This document shows, one piece after another, positions 1 to 10,608 of a DNA stretch of 64,000 bases. Every line of letters starts with the position of its first letter. The first letter of the stretch is position 1. The DNA comes from Bacillota bacterium. Lineage in GTDB: Bacteria > Bacillota > Ch66 > Ch109. A model generated the notes under the pieces. It had not been told where the DNA came from and did no database searches. It saw only the letters and a program-made list of their open reading frames with translations. Made by a program: the position numbers and the translations under genes. The stretch is from positions 1 through 64,000 of the forward strand of contig JBMNLH010000001.1 of assembly GCA_050952625.1 (NCBI GenBank). Direction: 5' to 3'.

Positions 1-455
1 TAATAGATACCCTATATGATCAATCCCAAGGAATAATTGATATAACAGTGAAACTTTATGCTCTTGCTCAAACAAAGGCAATTTCAAGCGGGATTGAGAC
101 AATAACACCTGAATTAATTAAACAAGTGGCTGACGAAAGTTTAAGGCTGGTAAAGCCAATGTTAAATGCATTAAGGACAGGTAATGTAATGGAAATAGTA
201 AAATATCCTGACATATATACTGGCAATATTGATTTAAATTATGAGTTGCCTAATCGGAATAGGTTTGTAATACCTACCACTTCCAAGCAATCTACAGTAG
301 AAAATAATGAAAAGCCAGTGAAAGTTAGAACAAAGAAGATGCCTCCAAGTGCAGAAAATGATATTAGAGTTATGGTGAAGAATAAGGAGGAAGGGCTAAC
401 TGCTTATGATATATTGAAAAATCATGGGTTAATTAAAGGATTTGAAGTTATATGA
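1..455 (+). CDS. tnsC: Tn7-like AAA+ ATPase TnsC, C-terminal part (5' truncated by window)
   Basis: Frame open from nt 3 (IDTLYDQSQGIIDITVKLYALAQ...LVKPMLNALRTG), typical of the Bacillota TnsC C-terminus; overlaps tnsD start. Confidence 0.8.
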   Translation, partial: IDTLYDQSQGIIDITVKLYALAQTKAISSGIETITPELIKQVADESLRLVKPMLNALRTGNVMEIVKYPDIYTGNIDLNYELPNRNRFVIPTTSKQSTVENNEKPVKVRTKKMPPSAENDIRVMVKNKEEGLTAYDILKNHGLIKGFEVI

Positions 456-1729
456 TGACTTTTTTTCCTACACCGTATCCAGATGAAATATTATATAGTG
501 TTTTTGCTAGATATCATGTTAAAAGTCCAAATTTCAATGGAAGTGAAACTGCGAGAGATCTGTTTAATGTAAAGCGTATAGTTTGTAGCCTGGAGTTCCC
601 AACATTATTGGCAAATTTGGTCCGAAATATGCCCTTAAACAGCCCTTTTGATGTAGATAGGCTAATATTCGAACATACCCTATTTCCGTATTACACGGTC
701 TTTTTAAGCCTTGAGAACAGGGAAATAATAAGACAGTATATGTGGCATGGGGATGTTGAAATATATAACAAAATAACAGGTATAATAAACCCACTGGCTG
801 AAAACAAATTCCTAAGGTTTTGTCCAAAGTGTAATGAAGAAGATTTTGAGCGATATGGCGAATTATATTGGCATAGGGTTCATCAGATAAGAGGCATCTA
901 TATTTGTCCTCACCATAAAATACCTATTTATAATAGCAGTGTATCACTTGAGGACAATAAATATAAATATGTAGCAGCAAGGGAGAAAAACTGCATTGTT
1001 GAAAATGAGGTTGTGTATGAGCAAAGAACCTATGAAAAATTACTGCTTATTGCAGATGATATGTGCTGGGTATTAAATAACCCTGTTATTAATACAAATA
1101 TTAAGGAACAGTATTTAAATCAGTTGAAGATATTGGAGTATGCAACGGTGAATGGCAGTCTAAGGCAGAAAAAACTTATTGCTGATTTTGAAGCCTTTTG
1201 GGGCAGTGAGATACTTCAGATGACCCACAATACAATTAGGAAGACTAATAACAGTAATTGGCTTTTAAAAATGGGATGGAACAAAGCAACTATCGAAGAT
1301 CCATTAAAACATATATTATTTATGAGATTTTTAGGTCTATCACCAGAAGTGTTATTTAATCAAAATGTAGAGTACCTACCTTTTGGGAAAGGGCCGTATC
1401 CGTGTCTAAATCCTGTTTGCAAACAATATAAGAAACAGGTCATTGAGAATGTAGAAATTAGAAATAGTTATAAAAACAAGAGTCCAATAGGATATTTTAC
1501 CTGTCCAAATTGTGGATTTTCATATTTGAGACGTGGACCTGATACGAAAAAAGAAGACAAGTATAGATATTCTCGGATTGTGGATTTCGGGGATTATTGG
1601 AGAGAGGAATTAATACGGCTATTAAAGTATAACAGCGTGCCAACGGTGGCAAAATTAATGGGGACAAGCCATACTACTGTTTATGATTTCTTAAGAAGAA
1701 ATGAAAATAATAAACATCCTCCACCCTAG
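452..1729 (+). CDS. tnsD: TniQ/TnsD family target-selector protein
   Basis: FFPTPYPDEILYS start, LRFCPKC, YWHRVHQ..CPHH zinc motifs, GPYPCLNPVC / CPNCGF, C-terminal HTH. Confidence 0.9.
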   Translation: MMTFFPTPYPDEILYSVFARYHVKSPNFNGSETARDLFNVKRIVCSLEFPTLLANLVRNMPLNSPFDVDRLIFEHTLFPYYTVFLSLENREIIRQYMWHGDVEIYNKITGIINPLAENKFLRFCPKCNEEDFERYGELYWHRVHQIRGIYICPHHKIPIYNSSVSLEDNKYKYVAAREKNCIVENEVVYEQRTYEKLLLIADDMCWVLNNPVINTNIKEQYLNQLKILEYATVNGSLRQKKLIADFEAFWGSEILQMTHNTIRKTNNSNWLLKMGWNKATIEDPLKHILFMRFLGLSPEVLFNQNVEYLPFGKGPYPCLNPVCKQYKKQVIENVEIRNSYKNKSPIGYFTCPNCGFSYLRRGPDTKKEDKYRYSRIVDFGDYWREELIRLLKYNSVPTVAKLMGTSHTTVYDFLRRNENNKHPPP

Positions 1730-1774
1730 GGGGACAACAGGGTTGAAGGATGTTAATATACTTGAAATTGAAGA

Positions 1775-2314
1775 TTATGCACTCATATTCACTGGGATGG
1801 AATTCCAGATTTCTCTATAAGTTTTAAAGTCTCTCATTATATTATTTTGTAGTTGTTTGAATTCGGAAGGGGTCCAATACATCTCTTTTGCAAGATTAAC
1901 ATATATTGGAGCAGCATCAACTAAAATATTCTTAATTCTTAATACCTCTCTCAATTTATTTTTGTGATCAACTAATAAATAATCTACAGTGTCTTGATAT
2001 GAAAGATCTTCTAATTCGTGTGTGTTTATTGACTTTGAATGATAGTTAAACCAATAGTTATAGAGGGGGTTGTTATGCTCACCAAAACCTATTAAATAAA
2101 TTAATGAAGCAGCATTTCCGGAAACATTTACGCAACATCGTGCGCTTGCAGTGTTAGTGTTATTTAGAATATACTTTATATTTTTTGCAAAATCTTTTAT
2201 TACAAAAGCAGTTTGATGTTTCTTCAGTTGCGGACTATAAATTCTTATTGATAACATCTGACCAGTTTTCATCTGTTCATACAATAATTTTGTTGGTAAT
2301 GTAAGGTTTGCCAT
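1775..2314 (-). CDS. hypothetical protein
   Basis: 179 aa ORF with AAGGA RBS, tandem with the 152 aa ORF. Confidence 0.6.
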   Translation of the reverse strand: MANLTLPTKLLYEQMKTGQMLSIRIYSPQLKKHQTAFVIKDFAKNIKYILNNTNTASARCCVNVSGNAASLIYLIGFGEHNNPLYNYWFNYHSKSINTHELEDLSYQDTVDYLLVDHKNKLREVLRIKNILVDAAPIYVNLAKEMYWTPSEFKQLQNNIMRDFKTYREIWNSIPVNMSA

Positions 2315-2341
2315 AAATAATCATTCCTTTCATAATATTTT

Positions 2342-2800
2342 TTAAATAAGAGTTTTTTCAGTATCATCCTTAAACAAAAGGGATAAATCATCTTTGTATC
2401 GATCTGTATCTCTCCAAAATTTGTAGATAATCATAATCATTGCGAAAGCCTGAAACTCAGATAATTTATTGATTTTGTCTATAAGAACCTTATTGTCAAC
2501 TTTCCATTTTTCAATCATCCATTGCTCATTTTCTAATACATCAGTTGTTTCTAAAAGTAGAAATCTATTTGCTGATATCTTTGGCGAATATTTGATTGCA
2601 TTAAATATATCAAATAAGCAGTAAAGTTCGTTTGAATCAAAATAATTATCAAGTTTTGTAATGGTTCTATATAGTAACTTGTGATATGTCAATACATAAT
2701 CTTCCATCAGACTAGGGAAATCTTCAGGTCCATTTCCATTATGGAAATCAGTTAAACAACATTTTACTTTTTCATTTAAATCAGAGTTAATCATAGTCAT
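2342..2800 (-). CDS. hypothetical mobile-element protein
   Basis: 152 aa ORF with AGGAGGTG RBS. Confidence 0.7.
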   Translation of the reverse strand: MTMINSDLNEKVKCCLTDFHNGNGPEDFPSLMEDYVLTYHKLLYRTITKLDNYFDSNELYCLFDIFNAIKYSPKISANRFLLLETTDVLENEQWMIEKWKVDNKVLIDKINKLSEFQAFAMIMIIYKFWRDTDRYKDDLSLLFKDDTEKTLI

Positions 2801-3101
2801 AACACCTCCTATTAAACATTTCCAAAGAAATCTCTTATTTTTGTGCTTATTTCAAAAAACACGTGATATACTAACATTTGAATTATTAAAATTAAGTTTG
2901 TAATTTTTCTGATAATAAAATAGGTAGATTTATTGTTATTGTTTGATATAATGTAATTGGACGATTTTAATGGGCCAAGAGGAATTTGAGGATTTCTCTT
3001 GGCCTGTTTTTTTACCTTTTATAAAACATTATCTTGGATATCTATCAACCTCCTTTACTTTTAAATTATATTTTCGGTAGACACCCCCTTACGCTAATTA
3101 A

Positions 3102-3169
3102 TTTACTAAAAGTCAATTATAATGCAAAAATAAAGAGAATAATTTTACTATAAGTTAATTATAAAGCAA
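3102..3169. promoter_or_regulatory. tandem 26-bp direct repeat (operator/duplicated leftward promoter) in the divergent control region
   Basis: tttactaaaagtcaattataatgcaa (3102-3127) vs tttactataagttaattataaagcaa (3144-3169). Confidence 0.5.
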
Positions 3170-3288
3170 GTTTTATTAAATGTCAACAATAAAAATGAAT
3201 AAAAGTAAAATATTTTACGAAATGATAATAATAATAGTTGACAATCGGTAAATTATATTGTAATATATACTCAAGGAGGTGATAGATA

Positions 3289-4164
3289 ATGAGTTTTAAT
3301 TTAAGTGAATTTATTAGAATGGAAATGGCCAAAAAAAATATAAAGGCAGTTGATTTAGCAGATGCACTAAATAAATCACCATCTTATATCAGCAAGATGC
3401 TTAAAAACAACATTATTCCGGATTACGAGGACTTAAAAGTCATAGCCAAAATACTAGATATTAACTATTCCTTTTTGCTCTTCCAGATAGGGATTCTTGA
3501 TGAAGCGGATCTAAAACATATAATTGCCTGCAATACTCTTAAGGAATACTTAGGAGAGTTACTAAAAGTAAATGATATGGAAGAGGAAAAGGTTAATGCT
3601 TTTATTAACTTCCTTGTGACCAATAAGGAGAATTTGGGAGATAACTTAACTGACGAACTACTAAATAACGTAAAAGATGCATTAGGGGAGAACTTTATCT
3701 ATCCAGATTATGCAACCCCCTATACCGAGGATTCCTATTACGGATTTAAAAAAATAAGGAACCTTAGGCTAGCCACTGGGGAATATGTGAGAAGTAAGTT
3801 CAGGAAGTTGCCTTTATATACTGCACTAAATAGCGGACCAATAACAGGTAGGGATATGGGATTTGATTTTAGCCTTTTAAAAGAAGAAATAGAACCAGAT
3901 AGTGAAGTGGTGTGGTTTAAACCTGATGATAAGGAGTACTGCTACCTTGTTAATCTTGGACAATACAAAGATAAAGATAAAATACTTTTTGAAAGGGGTG
4001 ATGCAATATACGTCGGTAAATATAATTATCAGGAAAAAACCATGGTCTTAACTGATATTATGAATGCAGTTTCAAGGGAAGAAGATGATACACCTATTGT
4101 TCTAACTGATACTAAAAGCATAAGAATTATTGGCAAAGTTTTATTTGAATTTAAAGCAGGATAA
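3289..4164 (+). CDS. XRE-family HTH repressor, possibly with degenerate S24-like C-terminal domain
   Basis: HTH KAVDLADALNKSPSYISKM; C-terminal IRIIGKVL; AAGGAGGT RBS; TTGACA at 3238. Confidence 0.75.
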   Translation: MSFNLSEFIRMEMAKKNIKAVDLADALNKSPSYISKMLKNNIIPDYEDLKVIAKILDINYSFLLFQIGILDEADLKHIIACNTLKEYLGELLKVNDMEEEKVNAFINFLVTNKENLGDNLTDELLNNVKDALGENFIYPDYATPYTEDSYYGFKKIRNLRLATGEYVRSKFRKLPLYTALNSGPITGRDMGFDFSLLKEEIEPDSEVVWFKPDDKEYCYLVNLGQYKDKDKILFERGDAIYVGKYNYQEKTMVLTDIMNAVSREEDDTPIVLTDTKSIRIIGKVLFEFKAG

Positions 4165-4306
4165 TTAGGTTAAAAATTGTTTATAAGAAAAAACTGAATA
4201 CAAAAAATCAAAGCATACTAACAGAGCAAACCTAGTCAAAGGATATTTAATCTTTGGCTTTATTTCCTGTTAGTATTTTTGTTTTTTAAGAAAGGAGAGA
4301 AGAAAT

Positions 4307-4744
4307 ATGTGTTATTCATTTGATGGAACGATTCTTGAGAGAACGTATGCAAAAAATTTTGTAATGCCAATTTATATTGATGAGACAACTATAAAAGGTT
4401 TTCACTTTGAGTATGTTGCTGAAATACACATACAAGAAGTTGGAACAACCATGATAAGAACAGAAAACTTTTTAGACTTAATGAGTCTAGTAGAATTTTT
4501 TATAAACAAACATTCTAATCTGATATCAGAAGAAGCATTAGAGAAGTTTAAAAGAGATGAAAGGAAAATATTGACTAATGCTATTAACAAAACAAAGGAA
4601 TTATTTGAAATTGAGATATCCAAGTTAGATGAAGCAGAGAAGTGGTTTATCCACACTTTTCTATTTTATATTCGATATGACACAATTAAAAAAAGATTTT
4701 CTGAAAAATATGCGAATCTCCTGTATGCAAATCAACAAATATAG
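4307..4744 (+). CDS. hypothetical protein
   Basis: 145 aa ORF with AAGGAG RBS. Confidence 0.65.
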   Translation: MCYSFDGTILERTYAKNFVMPIYIDETTIKGFHFEYVAEIHIQEVGTTMIRTENFLDLMSLVEFFINKHSNLISEEALEKFKRDERKILTNAINKTKELFEIEISKLDEAEKWFIHTFLFYIRYDTIKKRFSEKYANLLYANQQI

Positions 4745-4837
4745 CAGATGGTGGAGATTTGCGAGAAGGGAATATGTAAGTCGGAGGGCAAATGGTTATA
4801 AAAAGCCCTCCCCAATATAAGAAGGGAGGTGACTTAA

Positions 4838-5044
4838 ATGACAAGAAAAAATGGCCGTAAAGAGCCATGTATGGATGTCTATTTTAGAGATGACTATATC
4901 GAAATAAATCCCTATACGGGAGAAGAAATGGGAGTTATTAATCCATATACAGGAGAAATGATTTCCTCAAGAAAGATGAGAAGACGTATCAAATACTGCA
5001 ATCCTTATGGATATGAAACTAAAGGACTTGAACCTTATGAATAA
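4838..5044 (+). CDS. small hypothetical protein with repeated INPYTGE motif
   Basis: GGAGGTG RBS; INPYTGE twice plus NPYG. Confidence 0.55.
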   Translation: MTRKNGRKEPCMDVYFRDDYIEINPYTGEEMGVINPYTGEMISSRKMRRRIKYCNPYGYETKGLEPYE

Positions 5045-5186
5045 ATAAAATCAGGGGCAACAATAAAATCACTAAAAAGACTTAATATAATATAAAAATA
5101 GAATCCTAATAAAGCACGTTTAAAATACATACGAAAATACTTAGACACAGCATGCCCCTTTGTTTAATAACAAAGGAGGCATGAAA

Positions 5187-7835
5187 ATGATGTTAAAATT
5201 ATGTTTAGATACTCAAAAGTTAATTGAGAAGCCGACAGAAGAAGAAGTTTCAAAAATAGCAGCACGAATTGGATATCATGTTAAAGAATTGTCTGTAAAG
5301 GATTTTGCCAGTAGCATAATAGTACCAAATGGCAAAACTTATTCACCATCAGTTTTTAAGGATGGGCAGAGAAGTATTAAGAACTGGATAAGCCAACAAA
5401 TATTTGTTGTTGATATTGAAAATGATTCGCTGGATAATGTGTTAGATACTTGTGAAAGGGTAAATCTATTCCCTTCATTTATATACACGCCCTTTAATTC
5501 AGATAGTGGGTTTAAAATGGTTTTCGTTATAAATGAGGTGATTCAGGATATCAGGGTTCGCAATCTGGTAATTAGATCCCTGTTGGAAGTTTTCCCACAG
5601 TCTAAAACAGAAACAAGAGATCCTTCGAGAATAATATACGGTGGCAGAGAAGTTATTTATGAAAACTTTTCATATGTAGAATCAATACCGAATCTTATAT
5701 TTGCTGCATGCTCAGTAATTAGAAATAGTACTAATGCATCGAGAAACATGTATAATTTTTGTAGAGATGTTGGAATTGACATGGAGAATGGTTATCCAAA
5801 GTTTTTTACGTTTCATGATGAAAAAGATATGCCTGAAGTTAATAGTAGCAATGTTTATGTATCAATGACTAAAAAGTGTAAGTCCTTAATTAATAATATA
5901 TATAATAGTACACTTTTTAGTCATATGGGGTATGTAATCTATTTTTGTTACAATAATACGCAGGAGTATTTTTTTGAAAAGGAAAACGACTTTGCCCCCC
6001 GCTTTGATATTAAGAAGGAAAATACTAAGACATATCTTATAACGGCTTACCCCTTTGAAAATCTATATAAAAATTGTCGATTATACCGGGAAGCAATAGA
6101 TGGTGAGTATTGGTTGTACCACAATGAAATGTTTGGTCTCATGTCCAACCTTTTGAAAATAAAAGGTGGAGTAACGAAAGTAGATAAGATTCTAAACAGC
6201 CGTGAAGAATATAAGGTGAAAAACTATAGTTGGTGGGTTATGAAGAATCAAATTCTCAAAGGTAAATATGCTCCTTCTAGGTGCGAAAGTTATTGTCCTT
6301 TCATTAAAGACTGCAAACATGGAATTAATATGATAGAACAAGGAAAATTATTCAAAGGGAGAATTCAAGTAGTTGGTAAAAGAAAGACTAAAAGTATAGA
6401 AGAGGCAAGAAAAGAATTATCCAATATTGTTAGTGAAATAATTGCCTCTCCACAAAAGGGGATTTTTGTTATAAAGGCACCAGCAGGGTTAGGGAAAACC
6501 GAAGAATATATAAATGCAAGTGTTGGTAATAAATTGACGATAGCAGTGCCTACACATAAATTAAAGGACGAGGTAAGCGAGAGATTGGCAAAAGCAGGAG
6601 TAGACCATTATGCTGTGCCACAACTTCCTGATATTGAACCTGAAAAACGCAATAAGTTAGATAGGCTCTATGATACAGGCTCTTTTAAAGGAGCAAATAT
6701 GTATTTAAGACAATTAGCAAAGGAAAATGAAGTCATAGCAAAATATATTAAGGACTTGAGGCGAGTAAAAAAATCTGAGAACCAAACTATCTTAACTACT
6801 CACCAAAGAATATTTTTTGAAAAGGACTTTAATGATACTCTAATAATAGATGAAGATATTGTTCTAAATGGAATGTTTCCAATTTCATCTATGTCAATAC
6901 AAGACATGGCTATACTTAGCCAACTGGTGTATTTAGATCCGGAATTTTCGCCTTTAAAAAAGTTAACCGATTTTATGTTTGAGTTAATTACCAAAACGCC
7001 TGAAGGAGTGGTACTAAAAACACCGAATTATTTTATGCTTTGTGCAAAGGAGATTGAAAAATTAGTAGTAAAAAATGACCTAATAACGACAAATGTGCTA
7101 GGATTTTTAAATTCAAGTCATTTTGTCAAAGTGACTGGGCGAAATGGTAATGAGCAGATAGTTTTTATAAACAAAAGAGACTTACCTGATAAAAAGGTAA
7201 TTATTTTCAGTGCAACTGCCAATGAAAAGATTTATAAAATGGTTTTCGGTCAAAATATGAAATTTTATGATGTTGGTGATGTTGAACACAAAGGAGAGAT
7301 TTGGCAAGTTCCTATAAGAGCCTTTAGTAAGTTATCCATTCATAGAAATAAAAAAGAAATGATGGATATTGCAAATGCTTTAATAAATAGATATAACCCT
7401 GATAGTAAGGTTATCACTTACAGCGGCTTTTTTAATGATATAAGTGAACCAAGTGTGTCATTTTGGAATAGTGCGGGGCGTGATAATCTAAAAGGTCAAA
7501 ATATCACTGTAATAGGGACTCCCCATATTAACCCCTATTGTTATCTGCTATTTGCAAGTGTTTTAGGCCTTGATGTAAGGCTAAATGAAAGCAAGGTAAT
7601 GTATCAGCCTGTTTCAAGGGGAAACTACAACTTTTACTTCAATACTTACAGCAGCAATGATTTATTACGGGAAATCCAATTTTATATGATAGAGTCTGAA
7701 CTTGTTCAAACTGTAGGAAGGGCTAGGGCTATAACGGAACCTTGTAAAGTTCTGGTCTTAAGTAATTATCCCGTCCCTGGAGCAGAGTTCATTTCACTAA
7801 CACAAAGAGAGGTAAAAAAATTTATCAGGATATAG
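5187..7835 (+). CDS. putative replication initiator: AEP-like primase + Cys cluster + SF2-like helicase
   Basis: N-terminal IFVVDIE...DPSRIIYG; C...CxxxCxxxxxC cluster; APAGLGKT, AVPTHKL, IIDED, FSATA, QTVGRAR helicase motifs; GGAGG RBS at 5175. Confidence 0.7.
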   Translation: MMLKLCLDTQKLIEKPTEEEVSKIAARIGYHVKELSVKDFASSIIVPNGKTYSPSVFKDGQRSIKNWISQQIFVVDIENDSLDNVLDTCERVNLFPSFIYTPFNSDSGFKMVFVINEVIQDIRVRNLVIRSLLEVFPQSKTETRDPSRIIYGGREVIYENFSYVESIPNLIFAACSVIRNSTNASRNMYNFCRDVGIDMENGYPKFFTFHDEKDMPEVNSSNVYVSMTKKCKSLINNIYNSTLFSHMGYVIYFCYNNTQEYFFEKENDFAPRFDIKKENTKTYLITAYPFENLYKNCRLYREAIDGEYWLYHNEMFGLMSNLLKIKGGVTKVDKILNSREEYKVKNYSWWVMKNQILKGKYAPSRCESYCPFIKDCKHGINMIEQGKLFKGRIQVVGKRKTKSIEEARKELSNIVSEIIASPQKGIFVIKAPAGLGKTEEYINASVGNKLTIAVPTHKLKDEVSERLAKAGVDHYAVPQLPDIEPEKRNKLDRLYDTGSFKGANMYLRQLAKENEVIAKYIKDLRRVKKSENQTILTTHQRIFFEKDFNDTLIIDEDIVLNGMFPISSMSIQDMAILSQLVYLDPEFSPLKKLTDFMFELITKTPEGVVLKTPNYFMLCAKEIEKLVVKNDLITTNVLGFLNSSHFVKVTGRNGNEQIVFINKRDLPDKKVIIFSATANEKIYKMVFGQNMKFYDVGDVEHKGEIWQVPIRAFSKLSIHRNKKEMMDIANALINRYNPDSKVITYSGFFNDISEPSVSFWNSAGRDNLKGQNITVIGTPHINPYCYLLFASVLGLDVRLNESKVMYQPVSRGNYNFYFNTYSSNDLLREIQFYMIESELVQTVGRARAITEPCKVLVLSNYPVPGAEFISLTQREVKKFIRI
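5865..5924. repeat. perfect 16-bp inverted repeat around a 28-bp AT-rich spacer (candidate origin)
   Basis: ATGACTAAAAAGTGTA (5865-5880) / TACACTTTTTAGTCAT (5909-5924). Confidence 0.8.
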
Positions 7836-7883
7836 TTTAACTATTTGGAATTAATATAGTCCCCAAGGTATCAGGGGACTATA

Positions 7884-8561
7884 TTAATTATTCAAGGCTT
7901 CAGTTTTACTAAAACATTTTATTAGTTCTTGTACAAAATCGAAGGTTCGATCCCAAAGAGCAAACAACATTTCTTTTGTTTCTTCAGGAACTTCATCAAT
8001 TTCCTTGTCTTTCAACTTATTGTAGGTTTCTTCAATCCATAGCCTTTCGTTTTTGATGGAAGATAGATTTTTTCTAGTGTTAAAAAGGCTTTCAGGTGAA
8101 TTAATCTTTCTGTCACAGGCCTCATTAATGAGATAATTATAGTAAAAAACTGAAGTGAAGAATTTACCACTTAGAATAACGGCATGAAAATATACGTCTT
8201 CTTCATCAGTTTCATAAAAACCAGAATTAATAAGTTTTGTAACCCATGTTATATTGCGAACCAGTTCTTCTTGTTCCCAATAATCGAGTTTTAATCGTTT
8301 CAAATACCGATGGAAGATTTTTTTCGACCTTTTATAAGTCTTGCTATAATACTTGATAAATTGTGACCACTCTTTTTCACAATGAACAGAGAAGCCTTCA
8401 CCCATTTCTATCTGATCTATCAAATCCTGCATAGATGATAATAAGGTAATGCAAGTTTTTAGGATGAAGAAATCATGTGAATCATAATCCTTTTCAGTTA
8501 GGTTGCTAATGAGTATAGCATTTTGCAAATCCTCTAAATTCACTGGAAATGCCAAAAACAT
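7884..8561 (-). CDS. hypothetical protein
   Basis: 225 aa ORF with AAGGAGGT RBS; convergent hairpin at ~7855-7884. Confidence 0.65.
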   Translation of the reverse strand: MFLAFPVNLEDLQNAILISNLTEKDYDSHDFFILKTCITLLSSMQDLIDQIEMGEGFSVHCEKEWSQFIKYYSKTYKRSKKIFHRYLKRLKLDYWEQEELVRNITWVTKLINSGFYETDEEDVYFHAVILSGKFFTSVFYYNYLINEACDRKINSPESLFNTRKNLSSIKNERLWIEETYNKLKDKEIDEVPEETKEMLFALWDRTFDFVQELIKCFSKTEALNN

Positions 8562-9066
8562 ACCTCCTTTATTTTTTAGTGTACATCATCCTAGCACAGA
8601 CAATGGAGGATATCAACCATTATATGTAAATATATAGGGCTCCATTTATCGCTCATGCATGCTATAATATGAGCAACACTCTCCTTCGAAGTTAATATAG
8701 ATACTGAACCCCTGCAGATTGTTTTTGTAGTGATGCCTTTGGCAGATAAACCGGAAAACAACGCAGGGGTTTTTACTTATTTGGGAAAGTAAAACCAGAA
8801 AAAGTTAATGAAAAAACAAGGAATCCTATATCGTTTGTTCAAATATAGCGTGACAAATTTTATTTACTCTAGATAGTTAGGGAAAAATGCTGCAGGTGTT
8901 CTAAGCCTGTAATCCATTTTTCCTTTTATTTTTCGAAGAAAGGAGGATGCAAAGACATTGTAATTACTTGAGGAGGTGACATCTCATTATTAAGAACCCC
9001 ACAGGAACTAAATATTATTGATAGTTCTTGTGGGGAACCATTTATCAAAAATAGGAGGGAAAATCT

Positions 9067-9984
9067 ATGGGTTATATTATAGGAATAGACCACGGAAACA
9101 AGGCAATAAAAAGCATTGTTAATCAGTATAATTCGGGCTTCACTGTTTCAAGCACCATGCCTATTACAAAAGAAAGACTATTGGTATTTGAAGGCAAGTA
9201 TTACTCTATCTCAGGTGAAAGGTTTCCTGTAATGCTTGATAAGACTGTAAACGACAACTTCTTTATTCTAACATTGCCTGCCATTGCAGAAGTATTAGAG
9301 AAGAAGTATCAAGGGGTTAAAAAGGGAGAGATCATTTTAGCATGTGGCTTGCCTATTATGTATTATGGGAAGCAAAAGGATGAATTTAGAGAGTATTTTA
9401 TAAGAGATGATGTATCATTTACCTTTGGAGGGAAGCAATATGAAGTGTCAATTAAAGATGCATATGTTTATCCCCAGGGCTATGCAGCGATAATGCCTCA
9501 TTTCACTCACTATAAGGATGTATCAAGACTTAATGTTGTAGATATCGGTGGATATACCATTGATGTTTTCACTGTTGAAAAGGGGCTTTTAAACATTAAA
9601 TCTTGCATAAGTTTAACTACTGGGATTGTAACTCTATTAAATTCCATAAAACAGGAAATCCTGTCTTTAGGGATAGAAATTCATGAGGAGCAGATTGAGG
9701 ATACAATTCTAGGAGAAAACATCTCATTTTTTCAAAATGAAAATATTAAGGCATTAATTGAAGACAAAACACAAATATACGTTGAAGAACTGTTGGATAG
9801 ATTGAAAGAGTATGGCTTTGAGATGAAAATAAATCCGACAATATTTGTTGGTGGGGGTTCATTGCTTTTGCAAAAACACATTGAAAATAGTCCTAAAATA
9901 GGATATGTAGAAGTTTTAGATAGTTTTGCAAATGTAAAAGGCTTTGAACTTCTAGCAAAGCAGGCAGTTAGTAGGGACAGGTGA
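9067..9984 (+). CDS. parM: ParM/StbA actin-like partition ATPase
   Basis: IGIDHGNKAIK, GLP, PQG, VVDIGGYTID, VGGGS, ANVKG actin-fold motifs. Confidence 0.9.
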   Translation: MGYIIGIDHGNKAIKSIVNQYNSGFTVSSTMPITKERLLVFEGKYYSISGERFPVMLDKTVNDNFFILTLPAIAEVLEKKYQGVKKGEIILACGLPIMYYGKQKDEFREYFIRDDVSFTFGGKQYEVSIKDAYVYPQGYAAIMPHFTHYKDVSRLNVVDIGGYTIDVFTVEKGLLNIKSCISLTTGIVTLLNSIKQEILSLGIEIHEEQIEDTILGENISFFQNENIKALIEDKTQIYVEELLDRLKEYGFEMKINPTIFVGGGSLLLQKHIENSPKIGYVEVLDSFANVKGFELLAKQAVSRDR

Positions 9985-10271
9985 TGTTCTTGGATGAAAT
10001 TAAAAGATTGAACCTATCTTTCAACCTACAAAGAGAAAATGATCGGATTGCTTACAATATTATCAGGTCAAAAAGACAGAAAACAGCCTATATTATCAAA
10101 GCCATATTAGCCTATGAAGGTGTCACCCAAGAGGAGAGGGAACTAATAAGGATTAAAAGGGCACTTAGAGAAGTTATCAAAGAGATGAAACTTACAGCAG
10201 ATAAGCATTGCGATTTTACAGAAGAAAGCCAAATACCTGATGAGGTCTTCCAAATATTTGACAGTATCTAA
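9981..10271 (+). CDS. putative ParR centromere-binding adaptor
   Basis: 96 aa, overlaps parM stop; RHH-like RLNLSF...KTAYIIKAI; acidic C-terminal tail. Confidence 0.65.
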   Translation: MMFLDEIKRLNLSFNLQRENDRIAYNIIRSKRQKTAYIIKAILAYEGVTQEERELIRIKRALREVIKEMKLTADKHCDFTEESQIPDEVFQIFDSI

Positions 10272-10356
10272 AAACTGGCCATTGACAGGCCGGTTTTTTC
10301 TATTTTAGGAGCGGAAATAGCAATTAGGCCCATGATATAATGGAGCAAAAAAAGGG

Positions 10357-10488
10357 ATGAGAAAAATAGAAAAATGGTTTTTAGAAAAGGATAAAATACT
10401 AATATTCCCCAATGGACAAACTATACCAAGCCATTTAAAATATTGGAGAATTCTATGGTTTAATTTATACACTGGAGAAGACTTTTAG
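10357..10488 (+). CDS. 43 aa small protein (below ORF-track cutoff)
   Basis: MRKIEKWFLEKDKILIFPNGQTIPSHLKYWRILWFNLYTGEDF; TGaTATAAT at 10333-10341. Confidence 0.35.
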   Translation: MRKIEKWFLEKDKILIFPNGQTIPSHLKYWRILWFNLYTGEDF

Positions 10489-10608
10489 TCATTGAATTAA
10501 AAAAGGATAGTAGGATTATGGTATATCAGGCATGTAAGATAAAACAACTTTGCATATTGTAAAAATACCGACATCAAAAAGAACATATATGATTACAGGA
10601 GGTGATAT

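Noticed and set aside
4215-4287. c-di-GMP-I riboswitch suggested by GCAAACC
   Set aside because: GNRA loop and GACGCAAAG-type second stem are absent
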